DNA of 62,881 bases, filler included, from Licmophora abbreviata (Eukaryota), in assembly GCA_900291995.1 (NCBI GenBank). It is 11 parts of 11 records of this genome, joined end to end, with 100 filler letters (N's around TTAATTAATTAA, not from the genome) between each part and the next. Parts side by side here need not be neighbours in the genome. Positions count along the whole stretch, not along the records: positions 46,730 to 49,501 come from OLMU01000488.1; positions 49,602 to 60,974 come from OLMU01000489.1; 9 more parts are not named here. One strand, given 5' to 3'. A model generated the notes under the pieces. It did no database searches and was not told the origin of the DNA. It worked only from the letters and a program-made list of their open reading frames with translations. Positions within the stretch are counted from its first letter, which is position 1, and the number at the start of each line of letters is the position of its first letter. Below, piece by piece: positions 47,942-59,885 of the stretch. The position numbers and the translations under genes are program-made.

Positions 47942-49444
47942 TTAGAAGCCAGGTGCTTCGAGTAAGGACAGCAACAAGCCTACGCCGTACCCGGTCCCTC
48001 GTTCATCTTTTGAAGCCGGTCCAGCCATATCGACATGAAGCCAGCCTCCGTCGTAGCTCTCGTTCAGATGCGATTCAATGAAATGACCGGCACACGAGCT
48101 CTGCGCGTTGCCTCTGTCTTTGACCGAGTTCTTCATGTCGGCGACTTTGCTGTCAAACTCCTTTCGGAGCAATTCTGGTGCGTACAAAAGTGGAAATACC
48201 AAGTCCCCAGAGCGCAAGCCCGCACGTTTTGCTCTCTGCTCAAGCTCTTCCGAGTTAGCGAGCACCCCCGCGTGTTTCTTACCGGTCGCTACCAACTGGG
48301 CACCGGTCAACGTGGCCATGTCGACGACTAGATCCAGTCCCTCAATGTGCTTTGTCGCATGAGCCACACCGTCGCCCAAGACAAGTCGCCCCTCGGCATC
48401 CGCGTTGTTGACCTCCACGGTCTTGCCCGAGTACATTTTGAGGATATCATCGTTCCGGACAGCCTTGGGTCCAATGGCGTTTTCGGCCAAGCACAGAATG
48501 AGTACAATCCGCTTCTTCACCTTGAGCTTGACGGCGCTGTAAAAACCTCCCAGCATACCAGCAGAGCCCCCCATGTCATGTTTCATGCCAGGCATACCCG
48601 TTTTAGTTTTCAGAGACAATCCACCCGTATCATATACTATGCCTTTCCCTACCAATGCGACTGTTTCAGTCGACGACCCAGAGTCTTCCGGAACGTATTC
48701 GAGAACGACCAGGCGTGGTGGGCATTCGGCAGCCTTCCCTACACCGTACAGCCCCCCATAGCCACGTTGGTTCAGTTCTTCCCCTACAATCTCTGTAAAG
48801 CTCACACCGGCGAGAGCCTTTGCAACCTTGCGACACTCCTCGGCATAGGCTGTCGTGGTGAGTTCTTCTGGGGGCATATCGACAAGTCGCGCCGCCAGCT
48901 GGACGCCTTCGCAGACTGCCTGCAAGGCTTCATTATTTTGCGTCTGGACAGAGTTTTGGCCCTTGCCATCGAGAAAAGATACGTGCACCGAACGTTCCTT
49001 AGGTGTGTCATGGTTACCTGTCGTCTTCTGCGAGTAGACAGGAAAGGCCTTGGCAGCGGCCGAAGCAAGAGACCCACAGTGGTGATCCATATTTGGAGCA
49101 CAAATTACAAGCCGACTGGATCCTTTCGGTAACTTGGCAACCGCCTCTGTCACAGAGTGTACCGATAGAGGATGGTTGTTTCTGGAGACTTTGTCGGGAA
49201 GGGCATATATCAGCAAGTTGTGTGCTTTGACATAGGTCGATGCCGACCCGGAGCCTCCGATGGAATCCAGCATGGCTTTGACCGTATCAGACTCGACCGA
49301 CAATCCAAGAGTTTCTTCCACGTCCATTGACTCTAAGACGTCTTTCTTTCCGATCAGCAAGGTACTCGCGGCCTGATCGGATGACAAAACGTCTCCAAAG
49401 GTGAACCTTGTGGCTGACAGAGATGATGATGTCGACATGCTCAT
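47942..49444 (-). CDS. NPEPL1: M17 leucyl aminopeptidase, NPEPL1-like
   Basis: VGKGIVYDTGG, MKHDMGG, NNADAEGRLVLGD, DMATLTGA, WLHVDMAG and TGYGV. The N-terminus may extend across the gap. Confidence 0.9.
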   Translation of the reverse strand: MSMSTSSSLSATRFTFGDVLSSDQAASTLLIGKKDVLESMDVEETLGLSVESDTVKAMLDSIGGSGSASTYVKAHNLLIYALPDKVSRNNHPLSVHSVTEAVAKLPKGSSRLVICAPNMDHHCGSLASAAAKAFPVYSQKTTGNHDTPKERSVHVSFLDGKGQNSVQTQNNEALQAVCEGVQLAARLVDMPPEELTTTAYAEECRKVAKALAGVSFTEIVGEELNQRGYGGLYGVGKAAECPPRLVVLEYVPEDSGSSTETVALVGKGIVYDTGGLSLKTKTGMPGMKHDMGGSAGMLGGFYSAVKLKVKKRIVLILCLAENAIGPKAVRNDDILKMYSGKTVEVNNADAEGRLVLGDGVAHATKHIEGLDLVVDMATLTGAQLVATGKKHAGVLANSEELEQRAKRAGLRSGDLVFPLLYAPELLRKEFDSKVADMKNSVKDRGNAQSSCAGHFIESHLNESYDGGWLHVDMAGPASKDERGTGYGVGLLLSLLEAPGF

Positions 49445-49501
49445 GGTAATACCAGCAAGACGGAACGGTGTCGATGACGAAAACGCAAACAAGGAGGATC
49501 T

Positions 49502-49601
49502 NNNNNNNNNNNNNNNNNNNNNNNNNNNNNNNNNNNNNNNNNNNNTTAATTAATTAANNNNNNNNNNNNNNNNNNNNNNNNNNNNNNNNNNNNNNNNNNN
49601 N
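49502..49601. other. Assembly spacer
   Basis: Same 100-nt linker. Confidence 0.97.
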
Positions 49602-50111
49602 GGAAGTTGTCAGAAACAAGAGAGCGGCACCGCGGAGCTGAATCATGGACGGAGGTACGTAGTGGCTCCCGTAGTCTAGCAGAAACAACAACAACAAGAA
49701 CGCGACGATCACCTTTTGCTTCGCGGTTTGTAGGACGAGAGCCACCGCCATCCTCGCCGTGAAGAGAGAGAGGTCTTGCCATCATCAGATTGCGAGAGAG
49801 CGGTCGGCCAGGTACAAACCCGGAAGTCTGGTTCTCTTTCTACACAACTTCTGCTATGGTACGATACGAGCGCGGCACTCGCATGATGGCGCGCACGGCG
49901 GGTTTTGGTTGACACGAAAGATTCAAGATGTCAGATTAGATTTTAAGATTAGATGATGTCAACACTCTCATCACAACGCCGCCATCACAGCCATTGCAAT
50001 CGCCCTCTCATCATATATTCTGTATCTTGACTTGTCTACACTAGGAGTTCAAGAGAACGACGTGCCGTCGCATAATCGAGGAGTGATCCCTTCTCAGGAG
50101 TCTCCGCCGCG

Positions 50112-51665
50112 ATGTCGAAGATGGCGAACGAAGAACCGACGAAGGGGACGTGGCAGAAAGTAGCAGATGTCATCCCACTGGCGGTGAAAGATTGGACGGC
50201 CAGCTTACTCATAGGCATTCTCACTGTTTCCCATTGGCGGAGCTTGTGGACTCTCTTTGATATCTGGACATGCGACCAGCCTGCCGATGCATCACTGGCA
50301 GAGGGAACGAACTTCTGCTTTGCTGTTCCAGCCACGGAGGACGACGCTATTCGAGACACACGTTTCGACAGTGCCGTTCTTACGTACTTTTTGGGAGTGG
50401 GTCTCACTATACTTGGCGTATTCCTCATGTGGGGAGGAATGTGGTTTCCTGACAACGGCAAAGTCACCTGGGCGAGAGGTGTCATCCGATTTGTTCTCGT
50501 CAACATTCTTGGCTGGGGATGCTGCTGTATGTGGCGTGGGATTTGGTATCTCACAGATCACTGGATACTTCCGAACGACCCCATTTCGTCGTACTATCTA
50601 ACGTCCTTTGTGGGCGCAGCTGGTGCCTTCGCCATGCTTGCGGGAGGGTCGCTTTTAGCCCCGCCGGCACTGTTTTTACTGGACGGCCCGTCGGTAGAAC
50701 CGCCGCCTATCGCAGTTACGATGCTGTCGACGTACTACGACCTCACGCTCCCCGCGGACTCCAACGATCCACCCGACTTACCAAAGATTACCCTGGTGGC
50801 CGATGCGCTTCTTAGCTTCTTCGGACTGCCCATCATGGTCGTCTGGTTCTGGAGAGGGACATGGTTGGTTCTGGACGATTGGTTCTGGGGTTTCACCGTG
50901 AGTGATGCGGACGTCAAGCTGTCGGTACTCTGGAGCGTGCTCTTTGCCGTGATATGCACGATTCTGACGAGCGAGCCCTTAATGTGCTACTTGGAGAAGC
51001 TAGCAATACACCAGCAAGTGGGGAGGCAGATTGTGGGACGATTGCGTACCTTCATCATGGCATGGGGAACCGTAAGTTTCTGGCGGGCGATCTGGACATT
51101 TTGGGATTTGTGGCTGGGCGGAACTTCCAAAGGATCGGCCTATGGCGGCGAAATTGCTTCAATCGTATGTTTGACGTTCCTGGGTTGCCTGTCGTGCATC
51201 GCAGCACCGCCGGCGACGATCGGTTTAGATGTACTTCCAGACCCAGAGTCAGCAGACGAGCCTCTCTTTGCCATGCTCCCCCTCCCCTGGGACCTTCCTT
51301 ACATTGGAGCCATCGGACGGCCGCCGCCTCCGGTCCTGCACGCGGGTATATCGGCTGAACAGCCAGCAATCGAAGATGAGATCGAGCTGTCTAGGCTGGG
51401 CGAACGTTCGGAAGAACCATTGCCTTCTGTGGACGAAGCGGAAGATGTGCCGTCCCCTCTAAGTTCATCGTCTCGCTTTCGCACGGCGGCGCGTGTAGCT
51501 GCCGGTCTGAACTCTGGCATCACCGAGGTCCGGTTGGGCAACCGATCCTACTGCGAAATGCAACGACCCAATCTTGGTAAGCGGGAGAAGAGTGCCAACT
51601 GTCTCAAGCAGCGCCCCGGGCTTGAGAACTACAGAAATCGAAGCCAGTACTTTCGCAATCGATAG
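50112..51665 (+). CDS. Fuseless-like multi-pass membrane protein
   Basis: Four WRxxW..xD repeats (HWRSLWTLFD, MWRGIWYLTD, FWRGTWLVLD, FWRAIWTFWD), each at the end of a hydrophobic helix. About 8 TM segments in two homologous halves. Confidence 0.7.
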   Translation: MSKMANEEPTKGTWQKVADVIPLAVKDWTASLLIGILTVSHWRSLWTLFDIWTCDQPADASLAEGTNFCFAVPATEDDAIRDTRFDSAVLTYFLGVGLTILGVFLMWGGMWFPDNGKVTWARGVIRFVLVNILGWGCCCMWRGIWYLTDHWILPNDPISSYYLTSFVGAAGAFAMLAGGSLLAPPALFLLDGPSVEPPPIAVTMLSTYYDLTLPADSNDPPDLPKITLVADALLSFFGLPIMVVWFWRGTWLVLDDWFWGFTVSDADVKLSVLWSVLFAVICTILTSEPLMCYLEKLAIHQQVGRQIVGRLRTFIMAWGTVSFWRAIWTFWDLWLGGTSKGSAYGGEIASIVCLTFLGCLSCIAAPPATIGLDVLPDPESADEPLFAMLPLPWDLPYIGAIGRPPPPVLHAGISAEQPAIEDEIELSRLGERSEEPLPSVDEAEDVPSPLSSSSRFRTAARVAAGLNSGITEVRLGNRSYCEMQRPNLGKREKSANCLKQRPGLENYRNRSQYFRNR

Positions 51666-52307
51666 AAAGCGAGAGCTAGGCAAAGATACCGTTCTCACTT
51701 GGAGAGATGCATACTAGACACTTAGAGAGAGAAAAATGTATTAGCATTTGCAAAGTAGACAATACTAGAAGGTCGTCGTCATACACTACTTGTAGCTCCG
51801 ATATTGCATGGCCTCCTAGGCGCCTATCGATTTCGGTAGGGATATCTTCGACGTCGAATGTTTTCCGGACCCCCGCGCTGCGGCAGGTATGCCACATGCT
51901 TTCGTTCGCCTGGTCTCTGCATCGTGAAGTAAGATCGAGAATGCTTCCAACACCCAAGACATTCTTTTTCATGTGATGGATGGTGCTCTAGTCTCTCGGT
52001 CGCGTGATGCGAGTAGTCATCTGTATCATCATTACTCAAGCAGCAAAAGAGAGTTCCCATGGCGATGTGGTGTCAAAATGTGAGCGCTCATGGCATCACC
52101 GCGCGGTGCGAGCTCCGATATTCTCACATCCCTGTGTGAGTCCCTCAATGACGACGATTTCTTCATCCGTCAGAATTCTTTCTTCTTTGCACATGAGACG
52201 TCGTCGACGAGTGGACAGCTTGAAGGTTCTGTTTGGAAGTTTTGTGCGCTTTGGATGATTCCCTGATAAAGTATACACCCAAGGCTCCAGCAGTGAAAAC
52301 ATCACTC

Positions 52308-53246
52308 ATGAAGTGGCACGAAATGAGTCCTTTCGAGAGATATCCTTGCTTTGATCTCTTGCCGCTAGAACTGATTCGTCATGTGTACTCGTTCGCCGAT
52401 ATTCCATCTTTGGGTGCCATGATTCAGACTGGAAACAATTTTGCAGCAGTGGAAGCTTCCTGTCAGTTTGTTTGGGCTGAGTTGGTAAAACGACGCTTTC
52501 GGATTGAGACCGCTCGCACGCTGCCCAAGTTTCACGGCGGAAGGACTTGGAAAGAAGCCTACCGGTCCATGGCACGCTGCAATCGACTATTCAAGAGTCG
52601 CTATACTTCAAAGCGAAAAGTCGTATTCGCCAAGAACGACCGTCGGCGAAATTCAGAGGAGAACCCAGCTGTCAGTGTATGGGTGATGCTGGGACATACG
52701 GAGAATTGCGAGACGAGGTCCGTACACGGCGGCGAGCACCGGTTCATTGAGCTTTGTCTCTGCTTACAGAATGTAAGTTCCAGTTTTGGAACAGTTTGTG
52801 TTGATGTCATGGGTACCACCTTGCGAGTAATGGGGAATAGGTTGGATGACCACATTCGACGAATTCACGTCAATGGTCCATTGCGACCAAAATTGCGCCT
52901 CCACGACAGTGGCACCGATACGGCTTCATTGGAAGAAGTTGACTTGCAGAATGGGATAACCCTGAAGCCTCTTCAGGTTGCCGTTGTGTCAGTGAACTTT
53001 CCGTGCTCCCCTGATGTCTTCGAGACTGACTTTCTCGCCAAGGCCGTTTCGCTACATGTGCCAGTAAGGATGGGGACGATGCCAATGATGGGGCAACTAG
53101 AAGGCACCGATGTACACAACGACCAACATGCCGCCTCCCGCGTCTCTGCGCTCTTCTTACCTGAAAAAGATGTTTGGAATTACTACTCAGAGCTGCCGGG
53201 CGGGTGCCTAACTTTGACGGATAGATTTCTGCTCGTTACGGCATAG
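52308..53246 (+). CDS. F-box-like protein
   Basis: FDLLPLELIRHVYSFADIPSLGAM followed by WAELVKRRF...TWKEAY. Confidence 0.65.
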   Translation: MKWHEMSPFERYPCFDLLPLELIRHVYSFADIPSLGAMIQTGNNFAAVEASCQFVWAELVKRRFRIETARTLPKFHGGRTWKEAYRSMARCNRLFKSRYTSKRKVVFAKNDRRRNSEENPAVSVWVMLGHTENCETRSVHGGEHRFIELCLCLQNVSSSFGTVCVDVMGTTLRVMGNRLDDHIRRIHVNGPLRPKLRLHDSGTDTASLEEVDLQNGITLKPLQVAVVSVNFPCSPDVFETDFLAKAVSLHVPVRMGTMPMMGQLEGTDVHNDQHAASRVSALFLPEKDVWNYYSELPGGCLTLTDRFLLVTA

Positions 53247-53382
53247 TAATTGTAAGATATTGAGCGCGTTAGTGAACGGTAGTGTTTGGCATAAGCACGA
53301 GCTGTAATAAAGTCTATAGAGCTTTCTTGTCACGCATGACAGTCAACAGATGTAGAAGTACGCGTCGCTTTCTTTCCGTTGC

Positions 53383-54849
53383 TCATTGGAATGCGTCCGG
53401 CTCGTCTGTGAATATGGAGCGTTTCTTCACTTTCGCCATGTCTCCGTCATCATCTTCTTCGAGTGATTCTTCTGCTGGGACATCCGCAGAATTGGATGCG
53501 CTCAAACCGGCAAACATTCCTTTCAGCGTCTTCTTTGCCTTGAGGCGATTTCTCTCGGCGTCGATAAACTGACGAAGCAAATTGCAGCGAGCTTTGTGGT
53601 CTTTCGCTTCCAGAATCTTTTGCATTGTCAAGGTCGACTCTAGCACCAAGGGCTGCAGCTCCACCGCCATGCGCTTCTGTAGCTCTTGCACCTCTTGCTG
53701 CAAGGCAGGAGACAAATCCTGAAATCCGATAGCACTGGCCGACCCGGAAACGAAGCAACGATCAGCAACAGGCCGGAACATGATATCACGCTAGTCTGCA
53801 CAGCATCTTGACTTCACATACCTTGGTAGTTCCTCTCCTTTCAGTCCTTTTTCTTTTTTCAGGTAGTTCTGTAGCTTCTCTTGAAAGTCAGCTTGAAGCT
53901 CGTTCTGGCGACCCATGAGACGCTGGTCGGCGTAGTTCTGCCATAGACGAATAGTTTGCCAGATACCATCTTCCCCTGGTCCAGGACCAGTTGCAAGTGA
54001 GTCTACCGATGCGCGAGTGAATCGAACATCTTCTTCTAGCGTATGCTGCGCTTCCACCAAGGCGGCAAACGACTCCTTCAACGACTTTTCTTCTCGATCC
54101 GCACCAGCGGATGCAGCAGCGATAGCACCGTATGCATCATTCGACACTTTCGGCTCGTCCTTGCCCGTGTCATCAATCAGGGTACCTTCCACGCGAAGAT
54201 ATGTCTCTCGGCTCTCCCAAGCTTCCGGGTTAACGATCTTGTGCATCTTGACACGACCCGTGACCTTGTGGCTGCAAATGTACTTGATCTGGTCCAGAGT
54301 TTGTTCGCTCACTTCCTTCAAGTCTTCGAGCTCAAACAAAACACCCGTCTCGGCGAAGCGGCCCTGCTCGGTAGGATGCGACATAGAAACGACGAAGCGT
54401 TTGCTACCATTCATCAAGATATCAGTATACATTTGACGATAGCGCGGTTCGAATATGTTGAGGACGTGTTCCGAATTCGGGGTATATACGATTCCACCGA
54501 GCGGAAAGAGAGGCAGGATCTCGACTCCCTCCCTTACCGACGATAGGGCTTCGCTGCTTCCCTTTGCACCGACGACTGTGGGTAGCCAAGTAACTGAGTC
54601 GACTCCCTTGGACAACGGTTCCTCGTCGTCAGTAGCGTCGTCGTCTTCTTCGTCGTCATCCGCTGCAAGATATCGGTGTGTCCGCCGATGCCGCGAGGAT
54701 AGATAATGTGGTGCAAACGCGACACGAGATGTCTCCTGGGAGGTGAACTTCTTCAGAGCATGTCCTACTCGAGCAGGGGCGAATGCGTCGGCGACTGAGT
54801 AAATTGACCCGCCAAAGAGAACCACAGACAGAGCGGCGGGGAACCTCAT
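53383..54849 (-). CDS. Lon protease N-terminal (substrate-binding) domain protein, plastid-targeted, 2 exons
   Basis: ADA-FAP presequence and LPLFPLGGIVYTP..EHVLNIFEPRYRQMY. No AAA+ or protease domain. Confidence 0.85.
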
Positions 54850-55383
54850 TGTTCGGAACGTTCTGAACAAGCAGCTTCTTTCACCGAAGTCTCCACAAGC
54901 CGATTCAACGACAAGAACGACCCTTTTCGTGGGCACAAGAGGGTAACAAAAAGGTAAGAAAGCCTTGAGGTACGAAATCAACAGTCAAGTTCCTGATGTT
55001 GCTGTGATGTATTTTCCATGCTGCTGATGCCTCTTGCCATGATGCCAACACAGACGCTCCGCGCGCGTGCGTATTCTCTGAGCTCAGATTTCTGTGGCGG
55101 CGGCCAGGCCCCAGGTGCGACATCTTCGACTCAAATCGACGTACTCGACACAACGGACTCGACTCACTTGACTCAATCATACTTGTTTGAGCGAGATTTG
55201 GCGCGCAGAATTGAGATGAGAGAGCGGAATGAATACGTTGCGTCGCCCATCAGATCTGAGGTGTCCACGAGAGCCTGAGACGCTGGTGACATATTGACTG
55301 TCCGTCAGTAGATATCATGGCACGATAGAGGTGGTATCAAAATGTGGTTCGAAGTTATCTGCCTACCGATGTATATGCCTTCT

Positions 55384-58059
55384 CTACTTCGAATGGAACT
55401 TCTTTCCTGACTGAGCATAGTCCTGAAGCAGTTGGCATGGCTCAAATTGTGGACCATACTTGTCGGCAAAGCCATTCATCATGCCCACGTACTTGTCGAC
55501 TCCGACTTGGTCGAGATAGCGGAAGGGACCCCCACGGAACGGAGCAAAGCCTGTTCCAAACACGAGACCAATATCGCCGACGACAGGATTCTCAATAATT
55601 TCATCCTCTAGACACTTGACAGCCTCATTGACGAATCTGGCAGACGAAACGAGGCGATAACTAGTGAGCTTTGTATCGAAAACAGCATAAATGTATGCAA
55701 GATCCCGCAACAGCATAGCAGTACATACCTCGAGATGAGACGATCCTGGACTTCCTGCTCGTCCAAGCCGAGGTCCTTTGCGACGAACTGCTTGGCGTAA
55801 GCTTGAACCTCGGGGTTGATCGTCTTCTTCTTTCCACTGTACGTGTAGAATCCCTGGCCTGACTTCTTTCCAAGCCAACCCTTCTCGATCATGTTCTCCA
55901 TGAGAGAAATGTCGCCACCATCCATTCGAACTCCGAGGTCGGCATTCGACAAAAACTTGGCGACGTGCGACGCAACGTCGATACCGACTTCATCGGCAAG
56001 CGTAATTGGACCGACTGGCATGCCAAAGTTCTTGGTGGATTTGTCTAGCTTCTCCAGCGACACGCCATCTCTGGCAAGGGCTGAGACCTATGATATCGTG
56101 TGTACGGACAGAGATCACATAAAAGAGTCAGAATGCAGTGTCGTGGACAACAAAAGTTGCACGTTCCCTCGCACAGTCTGTCTAACATACCTCTACAAGG
56201 AACGGTCCAAGACAGCGATTGACGTAGAATCCTGGTACATCCTTGACCATGATGCACGTTTTGCCCTGCTTGGTCCCGACCTCAAATGCAGTCGCCTTGG
56301 CAGCGTCGCTGCTTCCCGCATGAGGGATAATCTCCAACAAAGGCATCGACGGGACAGGAGAGAAATAATGCATGCCGATGATGTTCTGGGGTCTCTGAGC
56401 GCCTTCCGCAATGTCTGCGATTGGAATCGCCGACGTGTTGGTCGCAAAGATGCAGTGTTCCGGAGTAACGCCCTCCATCTCGGCTACAATCTTGCGCTTG
56501 AGATCAAGATCTTCGAAGACTGCCTCGATGATCAAGTCGGCGCCTCCAAAATGACGCTTCCACGATGCCACATCGTCCGTGAGAGGAGTCACATTGGAAC
56601 TATTCTTGTTGAACTGATATTGCGTCATCCGCTTGCGCGAGAGCTTCTTGTTCCAGTTGTCCAGCATGTAGCTCGTACCGCGTCCGACAGCTGCATCGTT
56701 CCGATCCTTGAGAAGCACCGAGAATCCCTTTTCCGCTGTCACTTGCGCGATACCGGCACCCATGAGGCCCGCTCCCAACACGGCCACCTTGTTCACTGGA
56801 AGGGCAGCATCTTCGCCAAACGAGTGTTTCTTCATCTGCGTCATGCCGTCGAAAATTCCAATCAGAGCTTCCGATTCCGGCGTCGCGGCCAATTTGGCAA
56901 ACTGCTCTCGTTCATTCTTGTACTTGAGACTGGGGTTGTCGATTCCATACTGGACACACTGGATAATAGCAAAGGGCGATGGGTACTTGCCGTCGGTATT
57001 CTTCATGACCATTTCGTTTATTTTCTTCCACATCATGTTCCGTCCGAACGAAGTCCCTTCGAGGAGGCGATTCATCATACTCTTCGCTTTACGCTTGGGC
57101 TTGAGTGTTCCGTTGGCAAGCTGCAGGGCTGAATCAATCGCGACTGACTCGAGTGAGGCAGGAGCGACCACCAAATCGACAAGGCCCATTTTCTTGGCCT
57201 TGTCGGGACGTACTTCCTTTCCTGTCAACATCATGTCCATGGCTGTTTGGAGGCCAACGAGCTCGTGAAGATTCTGAGTTCCGCCGAAGCCGGGGAGCAG
57301 TCCTAGCTTGACTTCTGGCAATCCCAACTGAGGCACGGCGAGCGTCAGAGTAAGTTTGCCGTACGTTCGAAGCTAGGGACAGAGAGCAGACATAGTTCTC
57401 ATTCTTCTTACCTTGGTCTTGGACGAGTCAGTGCAGATCCGATAGTCACACCACAAAGCCCACTCGAGTCCGCCACCGAGTGCGGGCCCGTCAATAGCAC
57501 AGACGAGAGGAAGCTTTTTGGCCCGCATGTGCTGAAAGAAGTTGAAGGAATCCTCGATAATACCGACAAGCTCTTGTTTGTCTTCAATTTGCTGGAGATC
57601 GAAGATGTCGGCGCCCGCGATAAACATTCCAGGTTTGGCGGAAGTAAAGACTACCGCTTTGACGTTGTTGTTGGCTTCAATCTCGTTCTTCCAGTATTGC
57701 TTGGCTTCGTCCTTGAGAGCAAAGCTGATCGTGTTGACGCCCGACTTGGGCCCATCGAATCGAACAATGGCAATGCCTTCGGACGTCACTTCGACATTCT
57801 GAAAGAACTTATACTTGCGCTCAGGAGTAGGAGCAAACATCGAGGACGCAGCGGCGCTCTCTTGTGCTTCCGGGACAGCCGAAAATGTACGAACGGGAGA
57901 AACAGAAGCTTGGATACGACATGGATTCGATTGGATCGTCTGCTGAGTGACAGCGTTTCCCGAAATCGAAGCTGCCACGGCAGGACGGGAACTGCTGCGA
58001 ACGTATTCGCGGCCCAAGGCAGACGACAAGCGTCTCGATATGCCCACTCTTCCAATCAT
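55384..58059 (-). CDS. HADHA: Mitochondrial trifunctional enzyme alpha subunit (enoyl-CoA hydratase / 3-hydroxyacyl-CoA dehydrogenase), 4 exons
   Basis: FIAGADI, ALGGGLE, LGLPEVKLGLLPG, GAGLMGAGIA, ATNTSAIP, GMHYFSPV and GFAPFRGGP. R/S-rich presequence. Confidence 0.93.
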
Positions 58060-58481
58060 GCTGACTACAATGGAAGTGATGCCGACACCCACAAGCACGT
58101 TGAAAGTGAAAAAGCGAGGCTTCGGGATGACACCCCGAGTTCGCAAATTCGTGACGCGCTTTGGGGTTTTTGCGCGGAAGTCAGCGCGTCGTCGGCTGGA
58201 TCTCGCCTACCGGCCATTCATTTTCAACGCACCGCAAGATGGCGTACACCACACTCCCTAGCTTCAAAGTGCATAAATTTCTTTATTAGTAATATATCAA
58301 TTTGACGCTGGAGAGTGCCCTGAAGTTCTTCGCTCATCGCCCTCACATCCACACCACGTCTCCACGCCATTGAAAAGGGACCGAGATATCCTTATCCATC
58401 ATCAGTCTAAGCCGTTGAGGAATCTCCTTTTTGTTCCGAGCAACGACAACGACATCAGCGAAACGGCGAAGCATATCGAGC

Positions 58482-59790
58482 ATGGCCCGTCGTGGAAGGA
58501 AGCGCAAGACTGCCGTCAAGGACGAAATCAAAGAAGAAGAAGGAGACAAAGCCGGAGCAGCTTCCACGACGACGGATACAGCCCAAGTTCAAATGGCTGA
58601 AGTCGCCGCCACCGAGGAGAGCACCAATGACAACAAGTCGCTAAAGAAAAAGGCTCCCCGAACCAAGCAGACTCCTCCGTTGCGCAATACAGGTCCACCG
58701 CCGTCGAGTGAAGAGTGGAATCGCATGCTGTATCAGCTCCTCTTGTACCGCGCGGACTGCGGTGACACTCACGTAACTGCCAAAGATCCGAAACACTCAG
58801 AACTCTTTACTTGGGCGCAGGAGCTGCGCAAGCAGTACAAGATCTACCAGTCATCTCCGGAAGAGTCCCATTTGACGGAGGAGCAGATACGAATCTTGCA
58901 ATCACTACCGTAAGTCTTTTAGAAGTCCGACGCTGGGACAATGTCTTGGGGTTTTGTCGCACCAAGTTCGGCTTGTACCTCATCCAAGTCGGTTGGCACT
59001 TGTTTCTATCGCGATACGTATACTGCAGGTTTCATTGGCACACGAGAGGAGAAGAGCACTGGAAGATTCACTATGATAAACTCAAGGCCTTCAAGAGCAA
59101 GCATGGACATTGCATGGTTCCTCGGATCAATCCGGAAGAACCAAAGGTGCGTTTCATATATGTTGCAATCCTGTCGCTTTTTTGCTACTAGTCTAGGAAC
59201 ACTCGCACGTCTGACGGCGTCGCCGCGTGTCAACCGCCATCTCTCTCCATACGCAGCTTGGAGACTGGGTCTGTGAACAGCGTCGTCAGCACAAACTCTT
59301 GTCACGCAACAAGCAGTCGACCATGACTCTTGAGCGCAAGAAGCTCCTCGACTCGCTCGGCTTTGTCTGGCAGCTTCGGCACCGGCCCGAATGGCACCTG
59401 CGCTATGACGAGCTGGTCACATATAAGAAGGAACATGGCGACACTCTTGTCCCGCAGTTCTACGAGGCTCAAATTGGCCTTGGCAAGTGGGTGGCAAAGC
59501 AGAGAGAGCAATACAAACTTCTCAAGGACGGCAAGCATTCGTTCCTCACCGAAGATCGATTGGAACTTTTGAATTCGATCGGCTTTTGCTGGAGTATCAA
59601 AGGCAGAGTGGCTCGCGAAGCGCGTGAGCAATCGGCAAGGAATGGCAAACTGGGAGAGGGTACTACTGGAGGGGTAGTCCCGTGGGGAGTAGCACCTCCT
59701 CCTGGAATGCCAGCGGTGGGTTCGGGCGAGTCTGTTCCTGGGATTGTTTCGCGCGGAAGGAAAGATCCGCCGGACAGCGCCGAGGTTTAA
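58482..59790 (+). CDS. Helicase-associated (HA) domain repeat protein, 3 exons
   Basis: Three W...Y..L..YK..HG...VP...LG.WV..QR..Y......R...L..LGF.W units and an N-terminal basic NLS-like RRGRKRK. Confidence 0.85.
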
Positions 59791-59885
59791 GTCTGGTGAC
59801 TGGGGCGTGGTTCTCGGTTTGTCAACTGGAGCGAAAACATGTATAAGAAGGCAATCTTTACTTTATTGCAATAGCTAGCTCGACT

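Noticed and set aside
48347..49132. 261-aa plus-strand ORF
   Set aside because: Antisense to the M17 aminopeptidase.
55891..57132. 413-aa plus-strand ORF (also 57529..58305)
   Set aside because: Antisense to HADHA exons; no independent coding signal.
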